From an uncultured Candidatus Saccharibacteria bacterium (lineage in GTDB: Bacteria > Patescibacteriota > Minisyncoccia > Phycocordibacterales > UBA2100), in assembly GCA_964399865.1 (NCBI GenBank), contig CAYNRJ010000002.1, positions 161,108-225,107 of the forward strand: 64,000 nucleotides of DNA. Direction: 5' to 3'. Position numbers and translations under genes: made by a program. Of this stretch, positions 1 through 7,884 are shown in pieces. The notes beneath the pieces are model-generated. The model had not been told where the DNA came from. It saw only the letters and a program-made list of their open reading frames with translations, and searched no databases. Numbering within the stretch: position 1 is the first letter of the stretch; each line of letters starts with the position of its first letter.

Positions 1-168
1 ATCAGGAATTTGTGGCAGTGCTTCAAGAAGCGAATAGTGTGAGTGGGTATGCAAATGGACGAAGTCGCGCGCGCTCATCTTCCGATTATACATTCTTTAC
101 AGAGTCGGCATTTCTGAATACAGTGCCGACTGGCTCGTTTGCGGCCAACAGATTGAGGAGCGAGAGGA

Positions 169-366
169 ATGAACACCTCGAAAGATAATGACCCTGCCGG
201 AAAGCAGGACGTTGCGGCTTCGGCTCCGCTCGCGGAGCCCGCGAAACCGGTTTTTCGCGGCCTTCGGAGAGGTAAGTCTCGCAAGAAGGAAAACCTCGAG
301 CATGACCCGTTGCGCTTTGCGGGAGCCGCTCATCGGAGGAGCCGTAAGCGTAAGGGTGGGCAATAG
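169..366 (+). CDS. hypothetical small basic protein (65 aa, Arg/Lys-rich); coding status uncertain
   Basis: ORF in track. No recognisable family. Followed by hairpins and a T-rich stretch before rnhB. Confidence 0.2.
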   Translation: MNTSKDNDPAGKQDVAASAPLAEPAKPVFRGLRRGKSRKKENLEHDPLRFAGAAHRRSRKRKGGQ

Positions 367-442
367 GCGTCATCCCTTGATTTGCCCATGCCCCCAGTTG
401 TCGGGGCGTGGGCAACGTTTTATTGATACTATAGAGAGGACG

Positions 443-1048
443 ATGCAATACTTTATTGGTATTGATGAGGCAGGACGCGGCGCGCTCGCAGGGCCAATTT
501 CAGTAGGAGCTGTACTTCTCTCCTCAGAATTTAATTGGAAAGAAGCGTTCGCACTTGTCACAAAACGAGGTGAACCAAAACTGCGTGATTCAAAGAAGTT
601 GTCTGCGCAGCAAAGAGATATTTTATATGAGTACATTATTTCTCACGGCTCGCTCAAGCACGCATGCGGACTTGTTGATGCGGAAATTGTAGACAAAATA
701 GGGATCGTGAATGCGGCATACGAAGCAGCAGCGATTGCCATAAAGCAGCTCGAAATTCGACCCGAACGTGTAGAGGTACTCCTTGATGCAGGTCTAAAGG
801 TTAGTTCAGAATGGCGTCAGCAATCTTTCGTTCGAGGAGACGAAACCATCCCAGTTATTGCCCTCGCTTCGATCATTGCGAAAGTCACTCGAGATCGACA
901 TATGGAAGGTTTGCCGGCCAAATATGCCCCATATCATTTCGAGGAGCATAAGGGCTATGGAACCTTGGCCCATCGTCGAAGCATCAAGCAATTAGGTCTT
1001 TCTGAGCTTCATCGCGCCACTTTTTGCACGAGGTTGCAAGCTGCCTGA
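443..1048 (+). CDS. rnhB: ribonuclease HII
   Basis: Internal Met MQYFIGIDEAGRGALAGPISVGAV matches the RNase HII N-terminal catalytic motif. The track ORF 188..1048 carries an unlikely N-terminal extension, so the start is taken at 443. Confidence 0.88.
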   Translation: MQYFIGIDEAGRGALAGPISVGAVLLSSEFNWKEAFALVTKRGEPKLRDSKKLSAQQRDILYEYIISHGSLKHACGLVDAEIVDKIGIVNAAYEAAAIAIKQLEIRPERVEVLLDAGLKVSSEWRQQSFVRGDETIPVIALASIIAKVTRDRHMEGLPAKYAPYHFEEHKGYGTLAHRRSIKQLGLSELHRATFCTRLQAA

Positions 1049-1070
1049 ACTTCTGTATAATCTCCCCACT

Positions 1071-1346
1071 ATGGTAGTTCGAATGCGTCGAAATAAGTCG
1101 CAGACCGCCCAGCGGCGTTCTCATCATGCGCTTCTTGGCATGACGACTGGAAAGTGCGAGTGCGGCGCACTCAAGCTTTCTCATCGCGCGTGCCCAGAGT
1201 GTGGCAAGTACAATGGACGCATCGTCATCGACGTCGTTGCTAATGCAAAGCGTGAAGCCCGTCGCACGAAACGCAAACAAACAAATCTCCGTGAGTCAGG
1301 ACAAATAACAGCAGATAGTAAAAAAGAAGAACCTGCGAAATCGTAA
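1071..1346 (+). CDS. rpmF: 50S ribosomal protein L32 with a long basic C-terminal extension
   Basis: RRSHHAL motif and C-x-C...CPECG zinc ribbon typical of bL32. At 91 aa it is longer than the canonical ~57 aa. Confidence 0.75.
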   Translation: MVVRMRRNKSQTAQRRSHHALLGMTTGKCECGALKLSHRACPECGKYNGRIVIDVVANAKREARRTKRKQTNLRESGQITADSKKEEPAKS

Positions 1347-1446
1347 ATCGCACTTTGTGCGACCTGCTCTTTTGCCCATGTTCTCCCCAGAAAATAAACA
1401 TCCTCTTCCTCTCAAAGCTGCAGATATCTGTTAGAGTTATCTCAGT

Positions 1447-2355
1447 ATGGCAAACAGACACTTAGCTCGCTCGGTAGTTCTCCAAGTCCTCTTCGAGCGT
1501 GATACGGCAGCTAATAAAATGACGGCGGCAGATATTGAGTCGCGCCTTGCGGACTACGCAAAGGAATTTGGCGCGCGTGATTCGGACCTGCCGTTCATGA
1601 AGCAGCTCGTCGAGACTGCGATCGCAAAACAGAAAGAAATAGACCAGGTCATCGTGAAGGCTGCACCTGAGTGGCCGCTCGAAAAGATCGCCGTAATTGA
1701 TAGAAACGTCCTACGATTGGGCCTCACTGAACTTTTATTTGCGGATCGTGCCCAAGTGCCAGCAAAAGTAGCGATCAACGAGGCGATAGAGCTCGCGAAG
1801 ACATTCGGAAGCAATAGCTCAGGTCGTTTCGTCAACGGCGTATTGGGCGCTGTCTATATTGAGTTGGGAGAGCCTGGAAAAGAGGACGGAGTACCTCGAA
1901 AGAAAGAGGCTCAGAAATCGGGCCCGATGCCTGTCGAGGAATTGGTCGGAGCAGTCGTGTATGCGCGCGAAAAAGGAGAGGTGTATCTCGCGCTCGTGCA
2001 TGACATTTTCGGCCACTGGACCTTATCAAAAGGAAAACTTCTCGAAGGAGAGTCTCAAGAAGACGGCGTGAAGCGCAAAGTTACGGAGGAAGTCGGACTT
2101 GAAGTTACGGTGGATGAAAAACTCGGAGAGAATGAATACATCGCAAATGATAGTGAGAATGGAGGAAAGAAACGTCGCCATGCCTCGTATTACCTCGCTC
2201 GCACGGACTTCCGCGACATTACACTAAAGCGCACGGGAGGTCTCGACGACGCGCAATGGTTTCCACTTGCTGCGGTAGGGGATCTGAACTTTTATGACGA
2301 CATCTTGCCAGTTGTGACACGTGCGATAAACTTGCTCGCTCAGAAGGAGAAGTAA
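1447..2355 (+). CDS. nusB: NusB antitermination factor fused to a C-terminal NUDIX hydrolase domain
   Basis: N-terminus RHLARSVVLQVLFE... is NusB-like. C-terminal half carries a Nudix box GKLLEGESQEDGVKRKVTEEVGLEV (G-x5-E-x7-R(E/K)-V-x-EE-x-G-L). Confidence 0.8.
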   Translation: MANRHLARSVVLQVLFERDTAANKMTAADIESRLADYAKEFGARDSDLPFMKQLVETAIAKQKEIDQVIVKAAPEWPLEKIAVIDRNVLRLGLTELLFADRAQVPAKVAINEAIELAKTFGSNSSGRFVNGVLGAVYIELGEPGKEDGVPRKKEAQKSGPMPVEELVGAVVYAREKGEVYLALVHDIFGHWTLSKGKLLEGESQEDGVKRKVTEEVGLEVTVDEKLGENEYIANDSENGGKKRRHASYYLARTDFRDITLKRTGGLDDAQWFPLAAVGDLNFYDDILPVVTRAINLLAQKEK

Positions 2356-2356
2356 T

Positions 2357-3043
2357 ATGGATTTTGGTACGTTTGAAGGAAAAATTGGATACACGTTCAA
2401 GAATAAAACGCTGCTGGAGCAGGCGTTCACGCACCGTTCATATTTGAATGAAAATCGCGCAGCGGGGCGTGAACATAACGAACGTTTGGAGTTTTTGGGA
2501 GATGCTGTACTTGAGCTTGTTGTCACGGAATTTTTGTACGCAAAATATCCAGATAAACCAGAAGGGGAATTAACTGCGTTCCGCGCTGCGCTCGTGAACA
2601 CTCAAAGTATTTCTGATGCGGGAGGAAAACTCGGCATGAATGAGTACCTGCTTCTTTCTAAGGGCGAATCAAGAGACACGGGGCGTGCTCGACAAATAAT
2701 TCTGGCGAATGCATTTGAAGCACTTATCGGTGCGATTTATTTGGATTCGGAATATTCTGCCGCTAAAGATTTCATCGCGGCCCAACTTTTCCATAAGACA
2801 GATGAAGTGGTTGAGAAACGTCTCTGGCAGGATGCCAAAAGCCGCCTTCAGGAGATCGCTCAAGAAAAGCAGGGCATTACGCCTGCGTACCAGATGCAGA
2901 GTCAGTCAGGTCCGGATCACGACAAGCAGTTCGTCGTCGGTGCATATATTGGAACCGAAAAATTAGCGACCGGCGAAGGTCGCTCGAAGCAAGAAGCCGA
3001 ACAAGATGCGGCGCAGAAGGCCCTGATCGCCAAAGGCTGGTAA
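2357..3043 (+). CDS. rnc: ribonuclease III
   Basis: ERLEFLGDAVLELVV RNase III signature and a C-terminal dsRBD. Confidence 0.95.
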   Translation: MDFGTFEGKIGYTFKNKTLLEQAFTHRSYLNENRAAGREHNERLEFLGDAVLELVVTEFLYAKYPDKPEGELTAFRAALVNTQSISDAGGKLGMNEYLLLSKGESRDTGRARQIILANAFEALIGAIYLDSEYSAAKDFIAAQLFHKTDEVVEKRLWQDAKSRLQEIAQEKQGITPAYQMQSQSGPDHDKQFVVGAYIGTEKLATGEGRSKQEAEQDAAQKALIAKGW

Positions 3044-3274
3044 AGCCGATTCTTTTTGATACGTTTCTTGCAGGATTGCGCCGCAATCCTTTCAGAGAGG
3101 TGCTCTATGAAAAGGAGTTGGAACGCGCGTAAGCGCCTGAAGTCTCGTACAAGGCAGAGCGATTTGACCCACCGCACCCGAAAGGGAACGAAGCTTCCCG
3201 GCGCCCGAGAAGCGATCAGGATGACCTGGATATTGCTCGCGCTTGAAGCGAATCTCCGCGACTAGTGCGGTTCT

Positions 3275-3309
3275 GGGCCGGACCCGCGCGTCCGGCCCGC
3301 AATCTTTTT
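3275..3309 (+). terminator. rho-independent terminator (GGGCCGGAC/GTCCGGCCC stem plus T-run)
   Basis: Perfect 9-bp GC stem gggccggac-ccgcgc-gtccggccc followed by gcaatcttttt. Confidence 0.6.
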
Positions 3310-3325
3310 GATACAATGGATACCA

Positions 3326-5530
3326 ATGTACTTGAAGAGTATAGAACTCTCGGGTTTTAAATCGTTCGGCAAAAAGACCGAGCTTCGTTTCGGTACGCCG
3401 ATCGCCTCCATCGTTGGTCCAAATGGCTCAGGGAAGTCGAACGTGGCGGAGGCTTTTCGATTCGTCCTCGGCGAGCAGTCGATGAAAGCGATGCGTGGAA
3501 AACGTGGCGAAGATTTGATCTGGGGCGGCTCGCCTGCTCTTCCTCGTGCGAATCGCGGGGCGGTGAAAGTAACTTTTGATAATTCAAAACGACTTCTCGA
3601 TCTCGACTTTAAAGAAGTCGTCATTGAACGCGTCGTCTTTCGTGACGGACAGAACGAATATCTTTTGAATGGTACGCAGGTGCGCCTAAAAGACGTCATT
3701 CGCCTTCTTGCGGGTGCAAATATCGGAGGCTCTGGATACCAGATTATCTCTCAGGGCGAGGCGGATCGCATTTTGAACGCATCTCCGAAAGAGCGTCGAG
3801 AAATGGTGGAAGATGCGCTTGGCCTCAAGCTCTATCAGCACAAAAAGGCAGAAAGTGAGAGAAAGCTTGAAGAGACAGGAATAAATATAGAGAAGACCAA
3901 GTCCCTTCGAAGGGAAATTGCACCGCACTTAAATTTCCTTCGCACACAGGTGGAAAAACTAGAGAAAGCGCGAGAACAAAAAGAAGATCTCGCCGTGAAA
4001 TTGAATGAATATCTTGCCCGAGAATATGCATGGATAAGTCAGGAAGATGCGAGACTTCTTTCTGAAGCCAGGGCCGAAGAAGGGGAATTAAAAACGCTCT
4101 CTAGTCGCGTGGAAGATGCACGAGGAAAGGGAAAACACGGAAGTGGTGCGGAAATACGAGAATTGCAGGAGAGAATCGCAGAGCGCGAGAGAAAGCTCTC
4201 TGACGCTCGAAGAAAAAGCGAAGAACTTGCACGTGAGCTTGGAAGAGCGGAAGGAGCTGCAGAGGCAACGAATGTGACCGTGGAGCAGATGGTAGCAGTA
4301 CCTCATGTACGCACTTTCACACGCGAGATCGACGAGAGTCTCGAATCAGCAGAAAGTACAGAGGACATCAGTTCGGTCCGGAAGATCATTTCGGGTGCGA
4401 GAAGTCGGATCAAAACTTTCCTAGACAATCTCACCAGTACTGCACCGCACACTAATCAGGAAGTAAAAGAGAGAGTGCAATCCCTCACGGATTCCCTATC
4501 ACGCGTCCAAAAAGAAGAGACCTCGCTAGCTGCAGAACTTGAGACATTTAGGAAGAAAATCGCCGAAGTGCGTGAACAAGGCTTTACCGCCGAGCGTGAT
4601 CTTGTTGAATTGGAGGCCGCGGTGCGCGAAGCGCAAGGGAAACTCTCATCGGTGCAATCAGCGCGCGCGAATATCGCTGATGCTCGTCGGCGATTCGAGG
4701 AAGAAGTGCGGGAAGGTGTGGCACTCGGCGCGACACTTCAGGATTGGAAAAATACGGAGATACCGGAAGGTGCACTTTCAGAGGAGCGTTCTGTGCAGGA
4801 AAAACGCCGTCGCGAGATCGAGCGCCTAAAGATCAAAATAGAGGAATCAGGTCTTGGAAACGGCGACGCTATCGTAAAAGAATTCACACAGACAAAAGAG
4901 CGTGAAGAATTCCTTACTCGAGAACTCGCAGACTTGGAGAAATCAGCCGCATCACTCAAAGACATCATCGCAGAATTGGAGAAAACGATAGACGCACGTT
5001 TCCATGATGGTCTGAAGCACATAAACGAAGCTCTCAAAAATTTCTTTGAAAAGTTATTTGGCGGCGGGAGTGCAAAACTCATGGTGGAACAACCTAGGCG
5101 TCTAAATCGCAGTACTGCGGACGAGGACATGGACGATGAGGTAGAGGATGAAATGCCCGAAGAAGAGGAGTTGTATGCCGGGCTTTCAATTGACGTCTCA
5201 ATTCCTCGCAAGAAGATCCGCGGGCTAGAGGTACTTTCGGGTGGTGAAAGAGCGCTTACCTCGATTGCTCTTATCTTTTCAATGACTCAGGTAAATCCCC
5301 CACCATTCCTAATTTTGGACGAGACGGACGCCGCGCTCGATGAAGCCAACAGCCGCCGTTATGCCGATATGATTCGCGAATTAGGAGCGAAGTCCCAGCT
5401 TATCGTTATCACACACAACCGCTCGACGATGGCAGCGGCTGGGGAGCTCTATGGGGTCACAATGGGAAGCGACGGAGTATCAAAACTTTTGTCAGTGAAA
5501 TTAGAGGAAGCAGAGAGGGTTGCGAAATAG
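3326..5530 (+). CDS. smc: SMC-family chromosome segregation ATPase, short hingeless form (~735 aa)
   Basis: N-terminus MYLKSIELSGFKSFG...IVGPNGSGKSNV (Walker A). C-terminus LSGGERALTSIALIFS...LILDETDAALD (signature motif and Walker B). Coiled-coil middle with no recognisable hinge. Track ORF begins at 3308. Confidence 0.85.
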   Translation: MYLKSIELSGFKSFGKKTELRFGTPIASIVGPNGSGKSNVAEAFRFVLGEQSMKAMRGKRGEDLIWGGSPALPRANRGAVKVTFDNSKRLLDLDFKEVVIERVVFRDGQNEYLLNGTQVRLKDVIRLLAGANIGGSGYQIISQGEADRILNASPKERREMVEDALGLKLYQHKKAESERKLEETGINIEKTKSLRREIAPHLNFLRTQVEKLEKAREQKEDLAVKLNEYLAREYAWISQEDARLLSEARAEEGELKTLSSRVEDARGKGKHGSGAEIRELQERIAERERKLSDARRKSEELARELGRAEGAAEATNVTVEQMVAVPHVRTFTREIDESLESAESTEDISSVRKIISGARSRIKTFLDNLTSTAPHTNQEVKERVQSLTDSLSRVQKEETSLAAELETFRKKIAEVREQGFTAERDLVELEAAVREAQGKLSSVQSARANIADARRRFEEEVREGVALGATLQDWKNTEIPEGALSEERSVQEKRRREIERLKIKIEESGLGNGDAIVKEFTQTKEREEFLTRELADLEKSAASLKDIIAELEKTIDARFHDGLKHINEALKNFFEKLFGGGSAKLMVEQPRRLNRSTADEDMDDEVEDEMPEEEELYAGLSIDVSIPRKKIRGLEVLSGGERALTSIALIFSMTQVNPPPFLILDETDAALDEANSRRYADMIRELGAKSQLIVITHNRSTMAAAGELYGVTMGSDGVSKLLSVKLEEAERVAK

Positions 5531-5597
5531 CGCAAAAGGCGCTTGGATTATGTTGGGCTCGGTCTGTAGAGGCGCACACCTGCGGCTCGCCGACTAG

Positions 5598-6059
5598 ATG
5601 GAGATCGCAATGTACATTGATCAGGTGACTTCGACGTTTACGGCGCTCATGATGTTCATCGTGACTGCTCTTGGGTGGGTGATTGTAATTGTTTCAAGGC
5701 GAGAGGCTGTAGACGGGGCGATGTCATTTATCGGATTGCTGAGTGGAATTTTCACTGCAGTCGCCGTCAGTCAGATCTTCGTGGCGGAGTGGTTCCCTAC
5801 GCAATTCCTATGGGCGCTCGCCTCAATTTCAAATGCCCTGCTTTTTTTGTCGAGTATTCGACTCGTCATATTTCTCGATTCGAAGCGGGGAGAGAAGTAT
5901 CGCGAAGAAGTAAGGGCTCGACACGAGTTTGATCGCAGGGCGAGGGAAGGTTCCGCAGACTTCGCTCGGCGTGCGGAGGCAACAGCTCCCGCCTTCGTCG
6001 AGATGATGGCGGAAACGAGAAGTAGGCCGCTTCCGCCTGAACGCCTGAAGAAGCCGTAA
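5598..6059 (+). CDS. hypothetical membrane protein
   Basis: Three predicted TM helices at the N-terminus and a charged C-terminal tail. Confidence 0.5.
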   Translation: MEIAMYIDQVTSTFTALMMFIVTALGWVIVIVSRREAVDGAMSFIGLLSGIFTAVAVSQIFVAEWFPTQFLWALASISNALLFLSSIRLVIFLDSKRGEKYREEVRARHEFDRRAREGSADFARRAEATAPAFVEMMAETRSRPLPPERLKKP

Positions 6060-6092
6060 CCAGACCCACCGCCTTCGGCGAGGAACACTTGG

Positions 6093-6129
6093 GCCGGCGG
6101 GGACAGCCTCCCCGCCGGCTTTGATTTTT
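6093..6129 (+). terminator. rho-independent terminator
   Basis: gccggcgggg-acagcct-ccccgccggc (10-bp stem) followed by tttgattttt. Confidence 0.65.
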
Positions 6130-6158
6130 GGGGGATTTCTGGTAGAGTACCGCGACAT

Positions 6159-6563
6159 ATGTTGAAGATCCGAATGCAGAGAACTGGGCGCATAAATATG
6201 CCCTCTTTTCGCGTAATAGTTACCGAACACGCCCGTAGCGCTAAGACGGGTAATTTCGTTGAGAAAGTTGGTACATACAATCCAAAAACAAAAGAACGAA
6301 ATCTTGATATCGAGCGGATCAAGTACTGGATGTCAGTTGGCGCACAGCCGTCAGCAACTCTCCACAACATGCTCATCACTTTGGGCGCTATAAAGGGTAA
6401 GAAAATAAACGTTCTTCCTAAAAAGACTCCACCTAAGAAAGAGGAGGTAGCGGGAGAGGCTGCAGCTCCCGCAGCAGCAGAACCAGCTGCCGAGAAGGCC
6501 CCAGAAGCAGCTCCAGCTGAAGTAAGCACAGGAAGTGGAGAAGAGGTAAAGGCAGCAGCGTAG
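6159..6563 (+). CDS. rpsP: 30S ribosomal protein S16 with an Ala/Pro/Glu-rich C-terminal tail
   Basis: FRVIVTEHARSAKTGNFVEKVGTYNP...YWMSVGAQPS matches bS16. Confidence 0.9.
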   Translation: MLKIRMQRTGRINMPSFRVIVTEHARSAKTGNFVEKVGTYNPKTKERNLDIERIKYWMSVGAQPSATLHNMLITLGAIKGKKINVLPKKTPPKKEEVAGEAAAPAAAEPAAEKAPEAAPAEVSTGSGEEVKAAA

Positions 6564-6566
6564 GTC

Positions 6567-6575
6567 TGGTATACT
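6567..6575 (+). promoter_or_regulatory. extended -10 element TGGTATACT
   Basis: tggtatact lies ~32 nt upstream of the KH-protein ATG. The same 9-mer recurs upstream of other genes in the window. Confidence 0.4.
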
Positions 6576-6606
6576 CTAAGGAATTAGCCGAGCTAGCAAT
6601 ACTGAC

Positions 6607-6945
6607 ATGGAACAAGATCAGCAATTTCTCGAATACGTTGTTAAGGCATTGGTAGATCATCCGAACGATATAAAAATAAATCGTACGGTCGACGAAATGG
6701 GTGTACTCCTCACGCTCTCTGTCCATCAAGATGATATGGGTAAGGTCATCGGACGCTCAGGTCAGACGGCAAAGGCTATCCGCACCGTCCTCCGTGTTGT
6801 CGGGATGAAAAATGACGCCCGCGTCAATTTGAAGATCGAAGAACCAGAAGGTAGTGAGAGAAGCATGGAGCGAAGCGCCCCAGCTACTCCATATCAGCGC
6901 GATACGACCGTTGACGACGTCATCAAAGACTTGAAGGGAGAATAG
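6607..6945 (+). CDS. khpA: KH-domain RNA-binding protein (KhpA/YlqC-like) with a C-terminal extension
   Basis: GKVIGRSGQTAKAIRTVL KH GXXG loop. Sits between rpsP and trmD as in other bacteria. Confidence 0.8.
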   Translation: MEQDQQFLEYVVKALVDHPNDIKINRTVDEMGVLLTLSVHQDDMGKVIGRSGQTAKAIRTVLRVVGMKNDARVNLKIEEPEGSERSMERSAPATPYQRDTTVDDVIKDLKGE

Positions 6946-6964
6946 GGGTCGCTCAGTGGAATGC

Positions 6965-7044
6965 GTTCTTTTCCGTCGCTATCTGCCGCTGCTGCGGCAG
7001 CGCTCGGTCTCGGCGTCGCCACGCCTGCGAAGCCGGAAAAGAGC
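6965..7044. repeat. long imperfect hairpin repeat, copy A
   Basis: Core ctgccgctgctgcggcagcgctcggtctcggcg is ~85% identical to the core at 14826-14878. Outer stem cttttccg/cggaaaag. Confidence 0.5.
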
Positions 7045-7079
7045 GCACACCACCTCGCTTGAAGGTTGGCCAAAATCAT

Positions 7080-7727
7080 ATGATCCACTTTCACATAGTC
7101 ACTCTATTTCAGGACTCAATTGAGCCCTATTTAAAGAGCTCGATACTAGGACGTGCGCAGGAGAGTAAGAAGATAAAGGTCACCTCGTACGATCCGAAGA
7201 AGTTCACGCGCGATAAGTATGGTCGCGTGGACCGTCGTCCATACGGTGGGGGACCTGGAATGGTGCTCGAGCCGGACGGCATGCTCCGTGCTATTGAAAA
7301 AGCAAAAGGGAAAAGAAAAGCGGAAGTGATATTTTTTTCTACTGATGGGAAACTTTTCGATGAGGAGATGGCGAAGAAACTTTCCAAGAAGAAAGATATT
7401 GTGCTTATCTGCGGACACTACGAAGGTGTAGATGAAAGAGTGGCCAAGGTTTCGAAAGCAAAGAAAGTCTCGATGGGCCCGTATGTCTTAACGGGAGGCG
7501 AGCTTCCGGCCGCGACCCTTATTGATGCTGTCTCACGCTTCGTGCCCGGTGTTTTAGGCAAAGCAGAATCCCTGGAAGCTTCCCGTGTCTCAAGTCCCGA
7601 GGTGTACACGCGCCCGGAGGTCCTCGTCTGGAAAGGGAAGAAATACCGTGTGCCGAAGGTCCTTTTGACTGGCCACCACGCTAAAATAGAGGAGTGGAAA
7701 AAGGCTAAAAGGGCCTCGTTGACATAA
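7080..7727 (+). CDS. trmD: tRNA (guanine37-N1)-methyltransferase
   Basis: GRVDRRPYGGGPGMVL and LICGHYEGVDERV motifs of the TrmD SPOUT fold. Start taken at MIHFHIV (track ORF begins at 7059). Confidence 0.9.
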   Translation: MIHFHIVTLFQDSIEPYLKSSILGRAQESKKIKVTSYDPKKFTRDKYGRVDRRPYGGGPGMVLEPDGMLRAIEKAKGKRKAEVIFFSTDGKLFDEEMAKKLSKKKDIVLICGHYEGVDERVAKVSKAKKVSMGPYVLTGGELPAATLIDAVSRFVPGVLGKAESLEASRVSSPEVYTRPEVLVWKGKKYRVPKVLLTGHHAKIEEWKKAKRASLT

Positions 7728-7737
7728 ATAGCTCGTT

Positions 7738-7746
7738 TGGTATACT
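7738..7746 (+). promoter_or_regulatory. extended -10 TGGTATACT upstream of the rpoB leader
   Basis: tttggtatactcc lies ~165 nt upstream of the rpoB start. The leader contains several short hairpins. Confidence 0.4.
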
Positions 7747-7884
7747 CCTCGCACATTTGCCTGTAGCTGATTGAGTCATTGTTGCGCTTTCAAGCAATGA
7801 AGTTTACCGAAAGGTGACTTTGCATCGAGAGATGCGTTTTAATAAAAAAACTTAATAAAAGGAGAACACACATACGGCAGAGGA

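Noticed and set aside
3051-3314. MITE-type transposable element, suggested by 12-nt flanking direct repeats
   Set aside because: No terminal inverted repeats inside the direct repeats. Both copies of the 12-mer sit in T-rich tails after hairpins and could simply be similar terminator tails.
5771-6529. 252-aa minus-strand ORF rich in Ala/Ser/Gly
   Set aside because: It lies antisense to rpsP and its Ala/Pro/Glu-rich tail. It is a low-complexity mirror of the + strand gene with no independent signals.
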